DNA from: Octopus sinensis
Taxonomy: Eukaryota
Direction of reading: 5' to 3'
Assembly (NCBI RefSeq): GCF_006345805.1
Contig: NC_043014.1
Coordinates: 8,866,001-8,930,000 of the forward strand
Length of the DNA: 64,000 nt
Below are positions 51,645-63,632 of this stretch, piece by piece. The notes under the pieces were generated by a model. It saw only the letters and a list, made by a program, of their open reading frames with translations. It ran no database searches and had not been told where the DNA came from. The translations under genes were made by a program, and so were the position numbers. The stretch's first letter is position 1. Each line of letters starts with the position of its first letter.

Positions 51645-52050
51645 CACTACCGTCAGAAATTAATTAGCACCCTTCATTTGCTCTTCACTCAAGGTATGTG
51701 CTGTCACCTAGTGGCCATATCTCGAACTATTGCTTTGTTGCGAGTTCACTGTTGCGCAGAACGATGACGTAACTTTGTTTGCAGAGCATTTTGGGAGTCT
51801 ACAGGCTTATGATGTTGACATAGCAGTGCAACAAATTGGAGTGCGGATGCAGACAAATCGTCCTTTGTTTAATAGATGTAGGTAGCGCCTCGCAAGGACC
51901 GAAATCACACCATACTAAGTTTTCTCATCGCGTAAGACGTTTTGAACAGCTCATAGGTTAATTGATTTAACCTATTTAATGTAGAAATTTGAGAAGTGCT
52001 AATTAATTTCTGACGCAAGTGTAAGTTTATATGTACATTTATGCATTAAA
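51645..52050. mobile_element. Tc1-like end fragment
   Basis: TA-CACTACCGTCAGAAATTAATTAGCACC terminus; other end not identified. Confidence 0.45.
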
Positions 52051-52296
52051 AGTTGAGTAACATTTTCATGCTCGGATTTGTAAACTACGCTAAGAATAAC
52101 ACTGGTCAACAAAGAATTTGTCTCAAGGAAAAGAATACCTGTATCTTATGCTTTTGCATGCAGAATTCAAAAATAATGTCAAATTATCTGCATCACCCAC
52201 TGTTTCTCTGTTCCACGATATCCCTTTCAGTTCCTGTTACGTGGGTTAAATTTCAGTTAAGCTGTTGAAATGTGAAGGTAACGGTTTAAGAAATAA

Positions 52297-52718
52297 GGAT
52301 CTTTTCGGTTTGGACGGCAGTTTTTAACAAAATTTCTAGGTAACTAAAAAATTTTAAACTTCGTATACTGGTAGAATGTGTTTATAAAACATCTTTTTCG
52401 CTTGGCTTTATTGAGAAAATTCTATAGTTTGTAAGATATTTGTTGTTGTTTTTTCTTTAATTTCTGCAATTTCAACCAATCACTGGCGTCTATTGAGGTA
52501 AAAAAACATTCTGTGTCGTATGAATATGTCCCTCGTTTAAGAAACAGATTGGGTTTATTTACATTTCTGAAGAAAAAAAGATACCCTTCCCCCTAACCCT
52601 AACTAACCCTAAATCTAAAATAGATTGAAATGCAATAGATCGATACTAGGGTCATAATTATGGGTGACAATTTCATATGAAACTGCTAGAAAAAGTTCCG
52701 TGCAAACCGAAAAGATCC
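52297..52718. mobile_element. GGATC-TIR MITE with 8-bp TSD (Merlin-like)
   Basis: GGATCTTTTCGGTTTG...CAAACCGAAAAGATCC; agaaataa/agaaatac. Confidence 0.8.
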
Positions 52719-53072
52719 AGAAATACTCCTAATTTAAATTTTTATGAATAGAATTAACCTAGTGAAATCATAAATCCAGCTAACTGCGTCAATGAGTCCC
52801 CAAAATATATGAAATGAAAAATAGGTAAAAAAAAATACTAACACACAGACAAAGCACAGAAGAATTAAAACAAAAACACGTGGGTGAAAAGAATCTCGTG
52901 GTGTGAAGAATCAAGTGTGAAAAATCAACATAGAACGTGCAGCAGAGACAGTGAAGCACAACACAGCGTGCGGTTGTCGTGGTAACCAACTGTTAATGTC
53001 ACGTTGTCTGTTGATCGGCTAAAATTACCCAAATTTCCCCACTTTAATTCCAAAAAACATCACATTCTTTAA

Positions 53073-53443
53073 TCTCTCTCTATATAAAGCTGAAGTTGTC
53101 TGTGTATGGCAGGTTTGGTAGCCTTCAACTAACACTATCTCCTCCGAGACTCTGCGGCGCAAGTTGACCAAAATTGAGAGTATGATAGAAGAAGGCTTGC
53201 TCTTCCTTCCGTAAAAGAAAAAGTTCAAATCGGACCATGTTAACACCAAAAATTATGTACATCAAAAAGGTGCTTTTTTTCTATAAAAATCCCTATTTTT
53301 TACGATATTTTGACTGCTGTGTCGCCATTTTTCGGTGTATTTCAACCAGGAAAATGTTCACTTAATGCAAAAGTTTTACTTTTCAAAAATTCCAATTCTA
53401 AAGGGCCGAATCAAACCCGAGCAACGCCGGGCGATACTGTTAG
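53073..53443 (+). mobile_element. Non-autonomous Helitron family B
   Basis: A|TC...hairpin...TTAG|T. Confidence 0.85.
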
Positions 53444-53629
53444 TTTATGAGATAAAGTAATTGGTTGATCGTTATCAAAATTCAGAGTTGTATCGATACA
53501 CCAAAATTGAAAGCAATCTGAATAAAATTAAAGGGGGCTCATTTTGCGAATGTAAAAGACTAGATCCTTATGTATTGGTATGTATTGCAAACAAAAAAAA
53601 AAACAGATAGGCGCAGGAGTGGCTGTGTG

Positions 53630-54022
53630 GTAAGTAGCTTGCTAACCAACCACATGGTTCCGGGTTCAGTCTCACTGCGTGGCATCTTGGGCAAGTGTCT
53701 TCTGCTATAGCCCCGGGCCGACCAATGTTTTGTGAGTGGATTTGGTAGACGGAAACTGAAAGAAGCATGTCGTATATATATATATATATATGTGTGTGTG
53801 TTGTGTGTGTGTGTTTGTCTGTGTTTGTCCCCCTAGCATTGCTTGACAACCGATGCTGGTATGTTTACGTCCCCGTCACTTAGCGGTTCGGCAAAAGAGA
53901 CCGATAGAATAAGTACTGGACTTACAAAAGAATAAGTGCCGGGATCGATTTGCTCGACTATAAAGGTGGTGCTCCAGCATGGCCGCAGTCAAATGACTGA
54001 AACAAGTAAAAGAGTAAAAGAG
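53630..54022 (+). mobile_element. CORE-type SINE
   Basis: Full family sequence. Confidence 0.85.
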
Positions 54023-54214
54023 AGAGAGAGAGAGATAGGTTCGATAAAACTAGTTTTTAAACATCGAATGGCAATGGGGGGAGGGGGTCTACCAGAATAA
54101 AATAATAATCAAAGCGGGCCATAGATAGAAAATGTTTGAGAACTCAGGTTCTAGAACTTTCGACAGACGTTAAATGATGGCGACGATGATGATGATGATG
54201 ACGATGATGGTATC

Positions 54215-54453
54215 TTTTATCTTTTTTTTTTCTTGTTTCAGTTATTGGACTGCGGCCATGCTGGGGCGTCACCTTGAAGAGTTTACTCGAACAAGTCGAC
54301 CTTGGTACTTCTGATTTTCAAAAAATGTCTGGTACTTTATTCCACTGGTCGCTTTTGCAGGATCGTCAAGTTACGGGGATGTAAAAAAAGGAACCAACAC
54401 CAGTTGTCAAACGGTGATGGGAGACAAACGCACGCACGCACACACACCACACA

Positions 54454-54497
<44 letters not shown>

Positions 54498-54725
54498 TAC
54501 ACACACGCAAACACACACACACACACACACATACACACACACACATAAACATACACACGCAAACACACACACACACACATACACACACACACATATGGCG
54601 AACTTCCGCACAGTTTCCGTTTACCAAATTCACTAAAAAGCCCATAGTAGAAGACACTTCTGCCCAGTGTGCCGCGCATTGGAACCGAACCCGAAACCAC
54701 GTCGTCGCAAAGCAATTTTTAACTA
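54215..54725 (-). mobile_element. Diverged CORE-type SINE with (CA)n
   Basis: Family sequence. Confidence 0.65.
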
Positions 54726-54884
54726 CACGGTGGTCATAGAACTCTAAAAGTAAAAGTCCTTCGAGTGAGAACAAAGATAGAAATTGTCCAAAGAAATACA
54801 TCCAGTTCTTGAGAAGACCAATAAGAGAAAAAAAACAAACCAATTCCACTAATAAAAAGAAGCAAAAGTTGAGACAACAGCAGT

Positions 54885-55078
54885 GTGGAGGCGCAATGGC
54901 CCAGTGGTTAGGGCAGCAGACTCGCGGTCGTAAGAACGCGGTTTCGATTCCCAGACCGGGCATTGTGAGTATTTATTGAGCAAAAACACCTAAGCTCCAC
55001 GAGGCTTCGACGGGGGATGGGTTGTGAAACCCGTTGTACTCTTTCACCACAACTTTCTCTCACTCTTTCTTCTACTTC
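54885..55078 (+). mobile_element. OR-type SINE, partial
   Basis: Head as at 40965. Confidence 0.8.
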
Positions 55079-55818
55079 CGTCACAAAGCAGAGGAACCAT
55101 GGTGTGACCCACTGTGGTGTGGTAAACTTTCAGACCCTAGTCTAGATTGCAAATCCTTTGTACCCAAGGATGGTTCAGCTCTCCACCCGTTAAAATCCGC
55201 TGTTTACGGAATGAGGATAACAACGTAGCTTTCGCGCCCGTGCAACCGCCAGTCTATCGCGTGTGGTGGGTGGATCTTCAATTTGCCACACGCATTCTTA
55301 GTAGCTTAGAGCAGGCTCGAATTAGAGGATTATTCTTGTGGTTAATGGCGTGAGTCCTGATTGGAAGGAGAAGAAGAAGAAGAAGAAGAAGAAGACAGCA
55401 GTTAGTTATGACAGAAATACTAGCATTAACAGAAACGACAACAACAGCGGCAGCAACAATGAGAGAAGATACGGCAGCAATGAGAGAAGTAGATACAGCA
55501 GCAATGAGAGAGGAAGATGCAGCAGCAATCGTAACAATAAATAGAAAAGGCATTGCTTAGCAACATAAGCAGACGACACAAGACGTCAAGGAGGGAAAAA
55601 TAGATCAAAAGACGACACAGCAAATGTGCAAAGTCTGAAAAATATGGCGACTTCTTTGTCTGAAGAGACGATGATTTTTATTATTGAGGTCGTTGTCTGA
55701 GGTTTAAGAGTTATTTGAGAGAAGGAAAGAGTTAGCAACAGAAGAGATGAAGAAAACATTTGAAGGTGGCAAAGATAAAGTGGGAGGGTTGTAAAGAAGC
55801 GATGATGTAAGATTGGTG

Positions 55819-56459
55819 GGATCTTTTCCTTTTGAACGGCAGATGTCAACACAATTTCTAGTTAACTAAACACTTTTAAACTTCGTATACTGGTAGAATG
55901 TGTTTATAAAACATCATTTTCTCTTGGTTTTATTGAGAAAATTCTATAGCTTGTAAGCTATTTCGTCTGAAAATCCGAGCATTTCGGCAATTTTAGCCAA
56001 TCGATTACCTCCATTCAACTAAAATCATTTGCTGCGTCTAAAACTGAGACAACATCCTGTAACTAACCCTAAACCTCTCCCCTAACCCTAACCCTAACCC
56101 TAATTTTTTTTTCTTAATTGTTAAATTAATTGCTTTAGTTTTTTTAAACGCGTAACTATTAAATTAATTTAACAATTAAGAAAAAAAAATTAGGGTTAGG
56201 GTTAGGGTTAGGGGGGAGGTTAGGGTTAGTTACAGGATGTTGTCTCTGTTTTAGACGCAGCAAATGATTTTAGCTCAAAAGAGAGCATAGGATTGGTTAA
56301 AATTCGAAAAATTAAACTACGTTAAACAAACAAATTACAATTTTCTCAAGAAAGCCGAGAGGAAAAAAAATGTTTTATTTTGACACATTCTACCAGTATA
56401 CGAAGTTTTAAAGTGTTTAGTTAACTAGAAATTGTCAGCCGTTCAAAAGGAAAAGATCC
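55819..56459. mobile_element. Foldback MITE with inverted (TTAGGG)4 tracts
   Basis: TIR GGATCTTTTCCTTTTGAACGGC; TSD gattggtg/gattagtg; (CCCTAA)4 at 56080-56103, (TTAGGG)4 at 56190-56213. Confidence 0.88.
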
Positions 56460-56503
56460 GATTAGTGAATGAAGAGATAACGGGACAAAGACAGGAAAAG
56501 AAA

Positions 56504-57016
56504 TCTATATATATAAAACTGTAGTTGTGTGAGTGTCTGTCCCCTTCGATTTAGATTCCTAACTACTCCCACATTTTGCGGTGCAGTTTAACCAAATTCG
56601 GGTATCTTATAGTCGTGATTCATATCGAGCCCGTCTGAGTATTAGCGCGCGTCTACGATGAGTCTACGATTTTAAAAATAATTTAACATCATTTTTTATT
56701 CCATTTTAATGCATAATTTTTCGTGTGTCGATGGCGGCGGAGTTGGCGTCCATGGTCACACCTGCACCTGTTTGCTTCTCCCCCTTCTTCCCTCCCTCGT
56801 GAAGCTGTGGGGAAGGGAGTGTAAGGAAATCAACGTCGTAATGCGTTGTCAAGGTGACCAGCGTTCTTTTAGAACAACGACTTCATGGCTTGAAGACACG
56901 AAAACAGAAATGGCTAAGAAAGCCCGAATTGGCATCTATAAGGGAAGTAACTCTCTAAAAATGCTAATATAGTTATTTCCCTTACAAATCCGAGCAACGC
57001 CGGGCGATACTGCTAG
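56504..57016 (+). mobile_element. Non-autonomous Helitron family C
   Basis: A|TCTATATATATAAAACTG...CCGAGCAACGCCGGGCGATACTGCTAG|T. Confidence 0.88.
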
Positions 57017-57277
57017 TAATAAATAAAGCGGGGAAGAATTCATTGAGTTGTAATCATAAATTTCAAATATCCAGGCCCTACAATAAATACATATTCATAG
57101 ATAAAACCGATAAGATGGCTCTGCAGGTCACGCTACTCAGCCTCACAGTCTTCAAAATACCGCAGGGAGGATCGTTATCTCTGAAATTTCACACACATGC
57201 ACAGAACTCCACAAATGGATAAGTAACGCGAGTCGCCGGTAAATCCATTCCTTATTGGTTGTTTGTATTACTCTTTT

Positions 57278-57499
57278 TACTCTTTTACTTGTTTCAGTGA
57301 TTTGACTGCGGCCATGCTGGAGCACCGCCTTTTTTTAGTCGAGCAACTCGTCGACCCCGGGACTTATTCTTTTGTAAGCCCAGTACTTATTCTATCGGTC
57401 TCTTTTTGCCGAACCGCTAAGTAACGGGGACATAAACACACCAGCATCGGTTGTCAAGCAATGCTAGGGGGACAAACACAGACACAAACACACACACGC

Positions 57500-57531
<32 letters not shown>

Positions 57532-57725
57532 TTATATATATATATATTATGTATATACATATATACGACGGGTTTCTTTCAGTTTCCGTCTACTACCCAA
57601 ATCCACTCACAAGGCTTTGGTCGACCCGAGGCTATAGTAGAAGACACTTGCCTAAGGTGCCACGCAGTGGGACTGAACCCGGAACCATGTGGCTGGTAGA
57701 CAAGCTACTTACCACAAAGCCACGG
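57278..57725 (-). mobile_element. CORE-type SINE
   Basis: Family sequence. Confidence 0.85.
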
Positions 57726-57844
57726 TTATTAAAATCAACAAAAAGTCAATTAAATGATGGAATAATCGGTAAATGTGTTAACTGATGACTTATCCGGCTT
57801 TAATTAAAATATTATAGACTTAGCATTCAAGTTTTGAACTCCGT

Positions 57845-58242
57845 TTTAACACACACACACACAACAAAACACACACACACACACCACACATACACACACA
57901 CGCACCACACACACACAGACACAACACACACACACCACACACACACGCACAAACACAACACCACACGCACAAACACACATACACACCACACGCACAAACA
58001 CAACACAGACAACACACACCACACACACATACACACACACACGCCAAACACACACACACACAAGCACAACAAACACAACACACACACGCACAAACAACCA
58101 AACACACACACGCACAAACACACACAGACACACACACACACACCATACACACAACACACGCACAAACACACACACACACACGCACACCACACACACACAA
58201 ATACACACCACACTCCACAACACACACACACACACACACACA
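57845..58242. repeat. Imperfect (CA)n
   Basis: Dinucleotide run. Confidence 0.95.
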
Positions 58243-58276
58243 AGCTCAGATGTAGCCTATACGCTTCATCTGAATA

Positions 58277-58668
58277 GGGCGGCGAGCTGGCAGAAACGTT
58301 AGCACGCCGGGCGAAATGCGTAGCCGTCTTTCGTCTGCCGTTACGTTCTGAGTTCAAATTCCGCCAAGGTAGACTTTGCCTTTCATCCTTTCGGGGTCGA
58401 TAAATTAAGTGCCAGTTTCTCACTAGGGTCGATATAATCGACTTAATCCGTTTGTCTGTCTTTGCTTGTCCTCTCTATGTTTAGCCCCTTCTGGGTAGTA
58501 AAGAAATAGGTATTTCGTCTGCCATTACGTTTTGAGTTCAAATTCCTCCGAGGTCGACTTTGCCTTTCATCCTTTCGGGGTCGATTAAATAAGTACCAGT
58601 TTCACACTGGGGTCGATGTAATCGACTTGATCCCTTTGTTTGTCCCTTCTATGTTTAGCAATAAAGAA
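58277..58668 (+). mobile_element. Dimeric Meta-like SINE
   Basis: Family sequence twice. Confidence 0.8.
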
Positions 58669-58679
58669 ATATATATACG

Positions 58680-59812
58680 ATTCATCTGAATGGAGCAGTA
58701 AAGGGTTCCATTTGTGGTCTCTTATCGACCATAGCCATCTTGAGCTAGTTTCAGCGGCCATGCCTATTTCCTTGATGGTTTTCTTCAGTTGTCTGAGTTC
58801 CAGACCTAGCTTTCGCAGGAAATGACGTACTGAGGTAACTGGAAAGCTGCAGTAGATGACTTCAATGAGAAATGAGACCACATGCCAGCCCTTCACAAGG
58901 GCCTCGTCGTCTAAGTCCTGGCACTTCGATTTTTTAACCTGGTGGGAAATATCGATCTCTCTCCTCCGGGGCACTGTGAATTCAAACACGATGTTTATTT
59001 TCGTATTCTTGGACAGCAGGAACATGTCTGGTCAGTGTGATGTTACCACTATCTCTTCTGAGATAAGGCGGCGAGCTGGCAGAAACGTTAGCACGCCGGG
59101 CGAAATGCGTAGCCGTATTTCAATGGCCGTTACGTTCTGAGTTCAAATTCCGCCGAGGTCGACTTTGCCTTTCATCCTTTCAGGGTCGATAAATTAAGTA
59201 CCAGTTACGCGCTGGGGTCGATGAAATCGACTTAATCCATTTCTCTGTCCTTGTTTGTCCCCTCTGTGTTTAGCCTCTCTTGGGTAGTAAAGAAATAACT
59301 ATCTCTTCTGAGAAGACAAATATTCCGCTCAGGTCCACTTGCATCTCCTAGCCTGAGACTGAACGCAAAATAGAGAATGGGGCCTCATACATTGCTTTGT
59401 CGCTTTTGATACCCTCTGATGCTGGTGGGCGTTGTTTGTTTGTTGTTACCCATTGCAGATCAGCTCACTTGGCAATTTCTGCAAGAACCTTGTCACGTCT
59501 CCAATTGTATCAGCCTTCTCAAGGGATTCGGTCAAAATGTAGTTTAGGGTATAAAGAATTGCGTCCGCAGTGCTTGCAGGATGGGTCTTTTTCTTGACAT
59601 CTAGGCTGCTTGGAGTTGGCAAAAGATCAGTAACAACACGAAGGAAGTTAGACAATCTTCCCGGGTCAGTGCTTCGGAGTTCCTTCCAGGACGATAGGCG
59701 CTCAGGTGCCTAGACCCACTGCATTTAGTGACTCTGGCGGATAAGGCCTACTGCTTTCACCCAGCGATTCTCCTCAGTTGAGTCACGGATCTTTTGCACT
59801 ACGAGCTCTCCC
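58680..59812 (-). pseudogene. HERO-like RLE LINE 3' part (zinc knuckle plus RLE), interrupted by a SINE
   Basis: SWKELRSTDPGRLSNFLRVVTDLLPTP, SCKHCG, YNWRRDKVLAEIA, PDMFLLS...FEFTVP, AAETSSRWLW. Confidence 0.8.
59064..59297 (+). mobile_element. Meta-like SINE with 16-bp TSD
   Basis: actatctcttctgaga at 59048-59063 and 59298-59313. Confidence 0.9.
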
Positions 59813-59859
59813 TTACCACTGACATTGGCGCTTTATCATCTCTTGTTGTCTTAATTGAC

Positions 59860-60300
59860 AAATAGTGGTGATCCTAGTGGTGATCCTAGTGGTGATCCTA
59901 GTGGTGATGGTGGTGGTCGTCGTTGTCATCGTCGTCATCGTGTTAGAGGTAGTGGTAGTGGTGGTGGTGGTGATGGTGAAGGCTATGGTGTTGTTGGTGG
60001 CGGCGATGGTTTTGATGTTAGTGGTGTTGTTGGTGTTGTTGTTATCGGTGCTGGTGGTTGGAGGAGGAGGAGGAGGAGGAGGAAGCGGAGTTTTGAATTT
60101 GAGGTCAGCAGAGAGAGAAAATAGCACGACATGAAGACGAGTGGGGGACACTGTTGATGATGATGACGATGATGATGACGATGATGATAGTGATGACGAT
60201 GATGATGATTATGGTGGTGATGGTGGCTATAGTAATAGTGACAATTATAATGGTGGTTCGGTGATTATGTCAGTGATGATGGTGGCGGTGGAGACACTCA
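59860..60300. repeat. (GGT)/(GAT) low-complexity tract
   Basis: Trinucleotide-like runs. Confidence 0.85.
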
Positions 60301-60471
60301 TCAACGTGACACAACGAAAGAAGAAATAAGTTTCTATCTATCTATACATTTATCTTGTGTATACACATTCTTTCTCTCTCTCTCTTTCTCACACACACAC
60401 ATTAATCACTATGTGAATTGATAGCCAAGTCCATAAGAGGAGCTTTCTGAGATAATATATATATATATATA

Positions 60472-60770
60472 TGTATGTGTATTTTTTCCATTGTTTACAA
60501 ATAACACGCAAAAGGAAAAAAATAAACAGTTACCAGGGTAGCAAAAATTCACACAAGTACCAAGGATGTAACAGCCAACTTATAAAGGTAGAAGCTCCAG
60601 GTTAGGTGTAATGTTTTGCATGATATAGATAAATAAATAAATGGGGTTAACGCAGGTGTTATTCAAATTCATTTACTTCCGACATATGTTTCGAAGACAA
60701 CATTGGTAGTATTCCAGAAGGAATAAAATGGTGTAAAACAATGCGAAATAACACCTGCGTTTAACTCCAT

Positions 60771-60775
<5 letters not shown>
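60472..60775 (-). mobile_element. Second copy of the 49082 Penelope-like element, with hammerhead 3' half only and a short inversion
   Basis: Minus strand UCUUC-GAAAC-AUAU-GUC-GGAAG; inverted piece at about 60748-60775. Confidence 0.7.
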
Positions 60776-60826
<51 letters not shown>

Positions 60827-60858
60827 TATCTATCTATCTATATATATATATATATATA

Positions 60859-60896
<38 letters not shown>

Positions 60897-60901
60897 ATTA
60901 T

Positions 60902-60951
60902 TTATATATATATATTGTGTGTGGTGTGTGTGTGTGTGGTGGTGTGCGCGC

Positions 60952-60983
<32 letters not shown>

Positions 60984-61190
60984 ACATACATGTGTGTGTG
61001 TATATATATATATAGAACATATATATATACAACAACGCTTATTTCAGTTTCCGTCGACCAAATCCACTCACCAGGCTTTGGGCGGCCCGAGGCTATAGTA
61101 GAAGACACTTGCTCAAGGTCCACGCAGTGGGACTGAACCCAGAACCATGTGGTGGTAAACAAGCTACTTACCACACAGCCACTCCTGCGC
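60902..61190 (-). mobile_element. CORE-type SINE, 5' part
   Basis: Family head. Confidence 0.75.
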
Positions 61191-61221
61191 CTATATTTAT
61201 TTATCTATTATAGGCTTACTG

Positions 61222-61545
61222 TGAAGGCGCGTGGCTGAGTGGTTAGAGCATTCAGCTCACGATTGTAAGGTCGTGAGTTCAATTTCCAGCGACGTGTTGT
61301 GTCCGTGAGCAAGAGATCCTATTTCGCGTTGCTCCAATCCACTCAGATAGCAAAAATGAGTTGTACATGTATTTCAAAGGGCCGGCCTTGTCACACTTTG
61401 TGTCACGCTGAATCTCCCTGAGAACTACGTTAAGGGTACACGTGTCTGTGAAGTGCTCAGCCACTTGTATATTAATTTCACGAGCAAGCTGTTCCTTTGA
61501 TCGTATCAGCTGGGACCCAATCGTCGTAACCGACGGAGTGCTCCT
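61222..61545 (+). mobile_element. tRNA-derived SINE
   Basis: A box 'tggctgagtggttagagc'; chimeric body. Confidence 0.7.
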
Positions 61546-61577
61546 TTTTTTTATAGGCTTACTGCTGATTCAGACAC

Positions 61578-61775
61578 GCATTTGGATTCGTTCATAGTTC
61601 AATTTTTTTCAATCGATCGATTGGTCGATTGAAAATATAGGGAACCACTAGATTTTTTCTTCTGTTTTCTTTGGAAGTAGATTTGTTTTGGATCTAAAGA
61701 AGACAGCTTTGGGCTAGTGATTTCCTATATTCTCAGTCGATCGATTGATAAAATTGAACCATGAACGCATCAAAA
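61578..61775. mobile_element. Short foldback/MITE
   Basis: About 60-bp imperfect IR 'cgttcatagttcaattt...ccactag' and 'ctagtgatt...gaaccatgaacg'. Confidence 0.6.
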
Positions 61776-61921
61776 CTCATATTTGAAACAACTGTAATAA
61801 TAGATAGTAAAGAAAGGAAGAAAGAAAATAAATAATAAATAGATAAATAAATAAATAAATAATAATAAATTAATAAATAATAAAGAAAGAAAGAAAGAAA
61901 GAAAAAAGAAATGTATGTAAC

Positions 61922-62186
61922 CAGTGCCGGATTTAGGATGAATGAGGTTTTGTGCAAGTTAAGTTATAGGGCCCCTCACTTGGGCAGTCAGGTATACATG
62001 CTCAGGAAATTTAGGGGTAAAAGCGTTCACATCATTAATTTCACTTCTATAACTTTTAGGAATAATATTTGAAAGTTTGACATTTGAAAAATTCATCGTA
62101 AAAAATTTGTGGGGGAGCAGGAAGAAGCCCCTCCCCCGGTCAACGGAGCCCTGTGCTTAAGCACACCTGTTGTAAACTCGGCACTG
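61922..62186. mobile_element. hAT-like MITE
   Basis: TIR CAGTGCCGGATTTA / TAAACTCGGCACTG; flanking direct repeat tgtatgtaac. Confidence 0.8.
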
Positions 62187-62379
62187 TGTATGTAACCCAT
62201 TATTTCTTTCTAGTTTATGCATCACTCTGTAAAAACATACCAGGGGCTAGGACCCAGAATTTACAAATTTGACTGGTGGTGGACTTTGATTTCAGACTAT
62301 CTGGAGTAACACCGATCACAAGACATTTATTTTTATTGGCCTAGTGTGATTTCATATACTGAGAACTTAAGAAGGTTGA

Positions 62380-63178
62380 AGGATATGCAAGAAGGATGTG
62401 CACAATAGTCTCAGAACAAAATACCAGAAACTTTAGACTGCAAGAACTCAAAAACACCCTAATTGACAGACACTACCCAGTTCAACTCATGGAGGATGGA
62501 ATCAGACGTGCAACACAAAAATCGACATAGAACCTTAAGAAAAGTTCAACACAGCAACCCACTTCCCCGAAATACTGCCGTACATATCCACATACAACCC
62601 CAGAAACAAAGAAGCCTTCACCATCATCACCTAAAATTTACCAATGCTACATAAGGACCCCAAATTAAAGGAAATTTTACTCATACATAAAATCAATAAA
62701 AGCTACAAACAACCGAATAACTAAAAAAAATCCTCACAAAGGCAAAATTATTTTCTAAAATAACGGATGCAAAAGTATAAAAATGTGGTAGACCAAATTG
62801 TGCAACATCCCAAACCTTTTAGAAGGACCAGAATGCCTTTTCAAAGAAGGAAAAAAATTCAAAATCAAATCTGACTTTACTTGTGCTTCAGAAAACCTGA
62901 TTTATGTCATAAGATGCTCGGGCTGCCACCAAAACAACATAGGATCCACGGGATTATCGCTTAGACGCAGATGCACTCTACATCGACAGCAGATTGCATT
63001 CCCAGAATACAGAATGATACCCTTCAGTGAACATATTGAGAAATGCGCAAAGCAACTGCTACCACAATTTGTAATCTTTCCGTTCTATCAATGTGCCATT
63101 GGAACACCAACACAAGTTAGATTAAATAAGGAAACCTCCTTCATTGAAAAATATAAGCCAACACTTAACCATTTCTAA
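62380..63178 (+). pseudogene. Penelope-like element ORF 3' part: RT thumb/linker plus GIY-YIG endonuclease
   Basis: ARRMCTIVSEQNTRNFRLQEL...YP..., PYISTYNP, FTCASENLIYVIRCSGCHQNNIGSTGLSLRRRCTLHRQQI...KETSFIEKYKPTLN. Confidence 0.85.
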
Positions 63179-63558
63179 CATTTTTAAATAAGGAAACTCA
63201 CCTCATTGAAAAAATATTAAGCAACACCTAACTACTTGTAACATTCTATTCCTTCTAAACCAAATCATGTTAAATTAGTCATTCCCAAAATCTTTTATCA
63301 TCTCCCTTATACCGGAAAAAATCCCTGATTACCTTCCCTTGCCTGGAACTCCATATTTCACAAAATAACGAAGACATGACACGATATGGGTAAAGAAATT
63401 TGAGAAATTTGAAAAGAAAATACGAAACCCGTTATTTCTTCAAAAACTATGTTACTATATGCAAAATTTTATAACATTTTTCTAACATAACGATTTAAAT
63501 ATATTTTTAACCATATAAGACAAACCTTCTGTAGTTTTTTCACACTTTTTTGTCTTTT

Positions 63559-63591
<33 letters not shown>

Positions 63592-63592
63592 T

Positions 63593-63623
<31 letters not shown>

Positions 63624-63632
63624 CATATATAT

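Noticed and set aside
55545-55565. RFX X-box-like TTGCTTAGCAAC
   Set aside because: Imperfect isolated match with no nearby gene.
56080-56213. Chromosome end or fusion scar
   Set aside because: The tracts are short and lie inside a TIR- and TSD-bounded element.
63355-63440. Possible hammerhead in the Penelope 3' region
   Set aside because: AAATAAC/GTTATTT pairs, but the core and cleavage triplet are incomplete.
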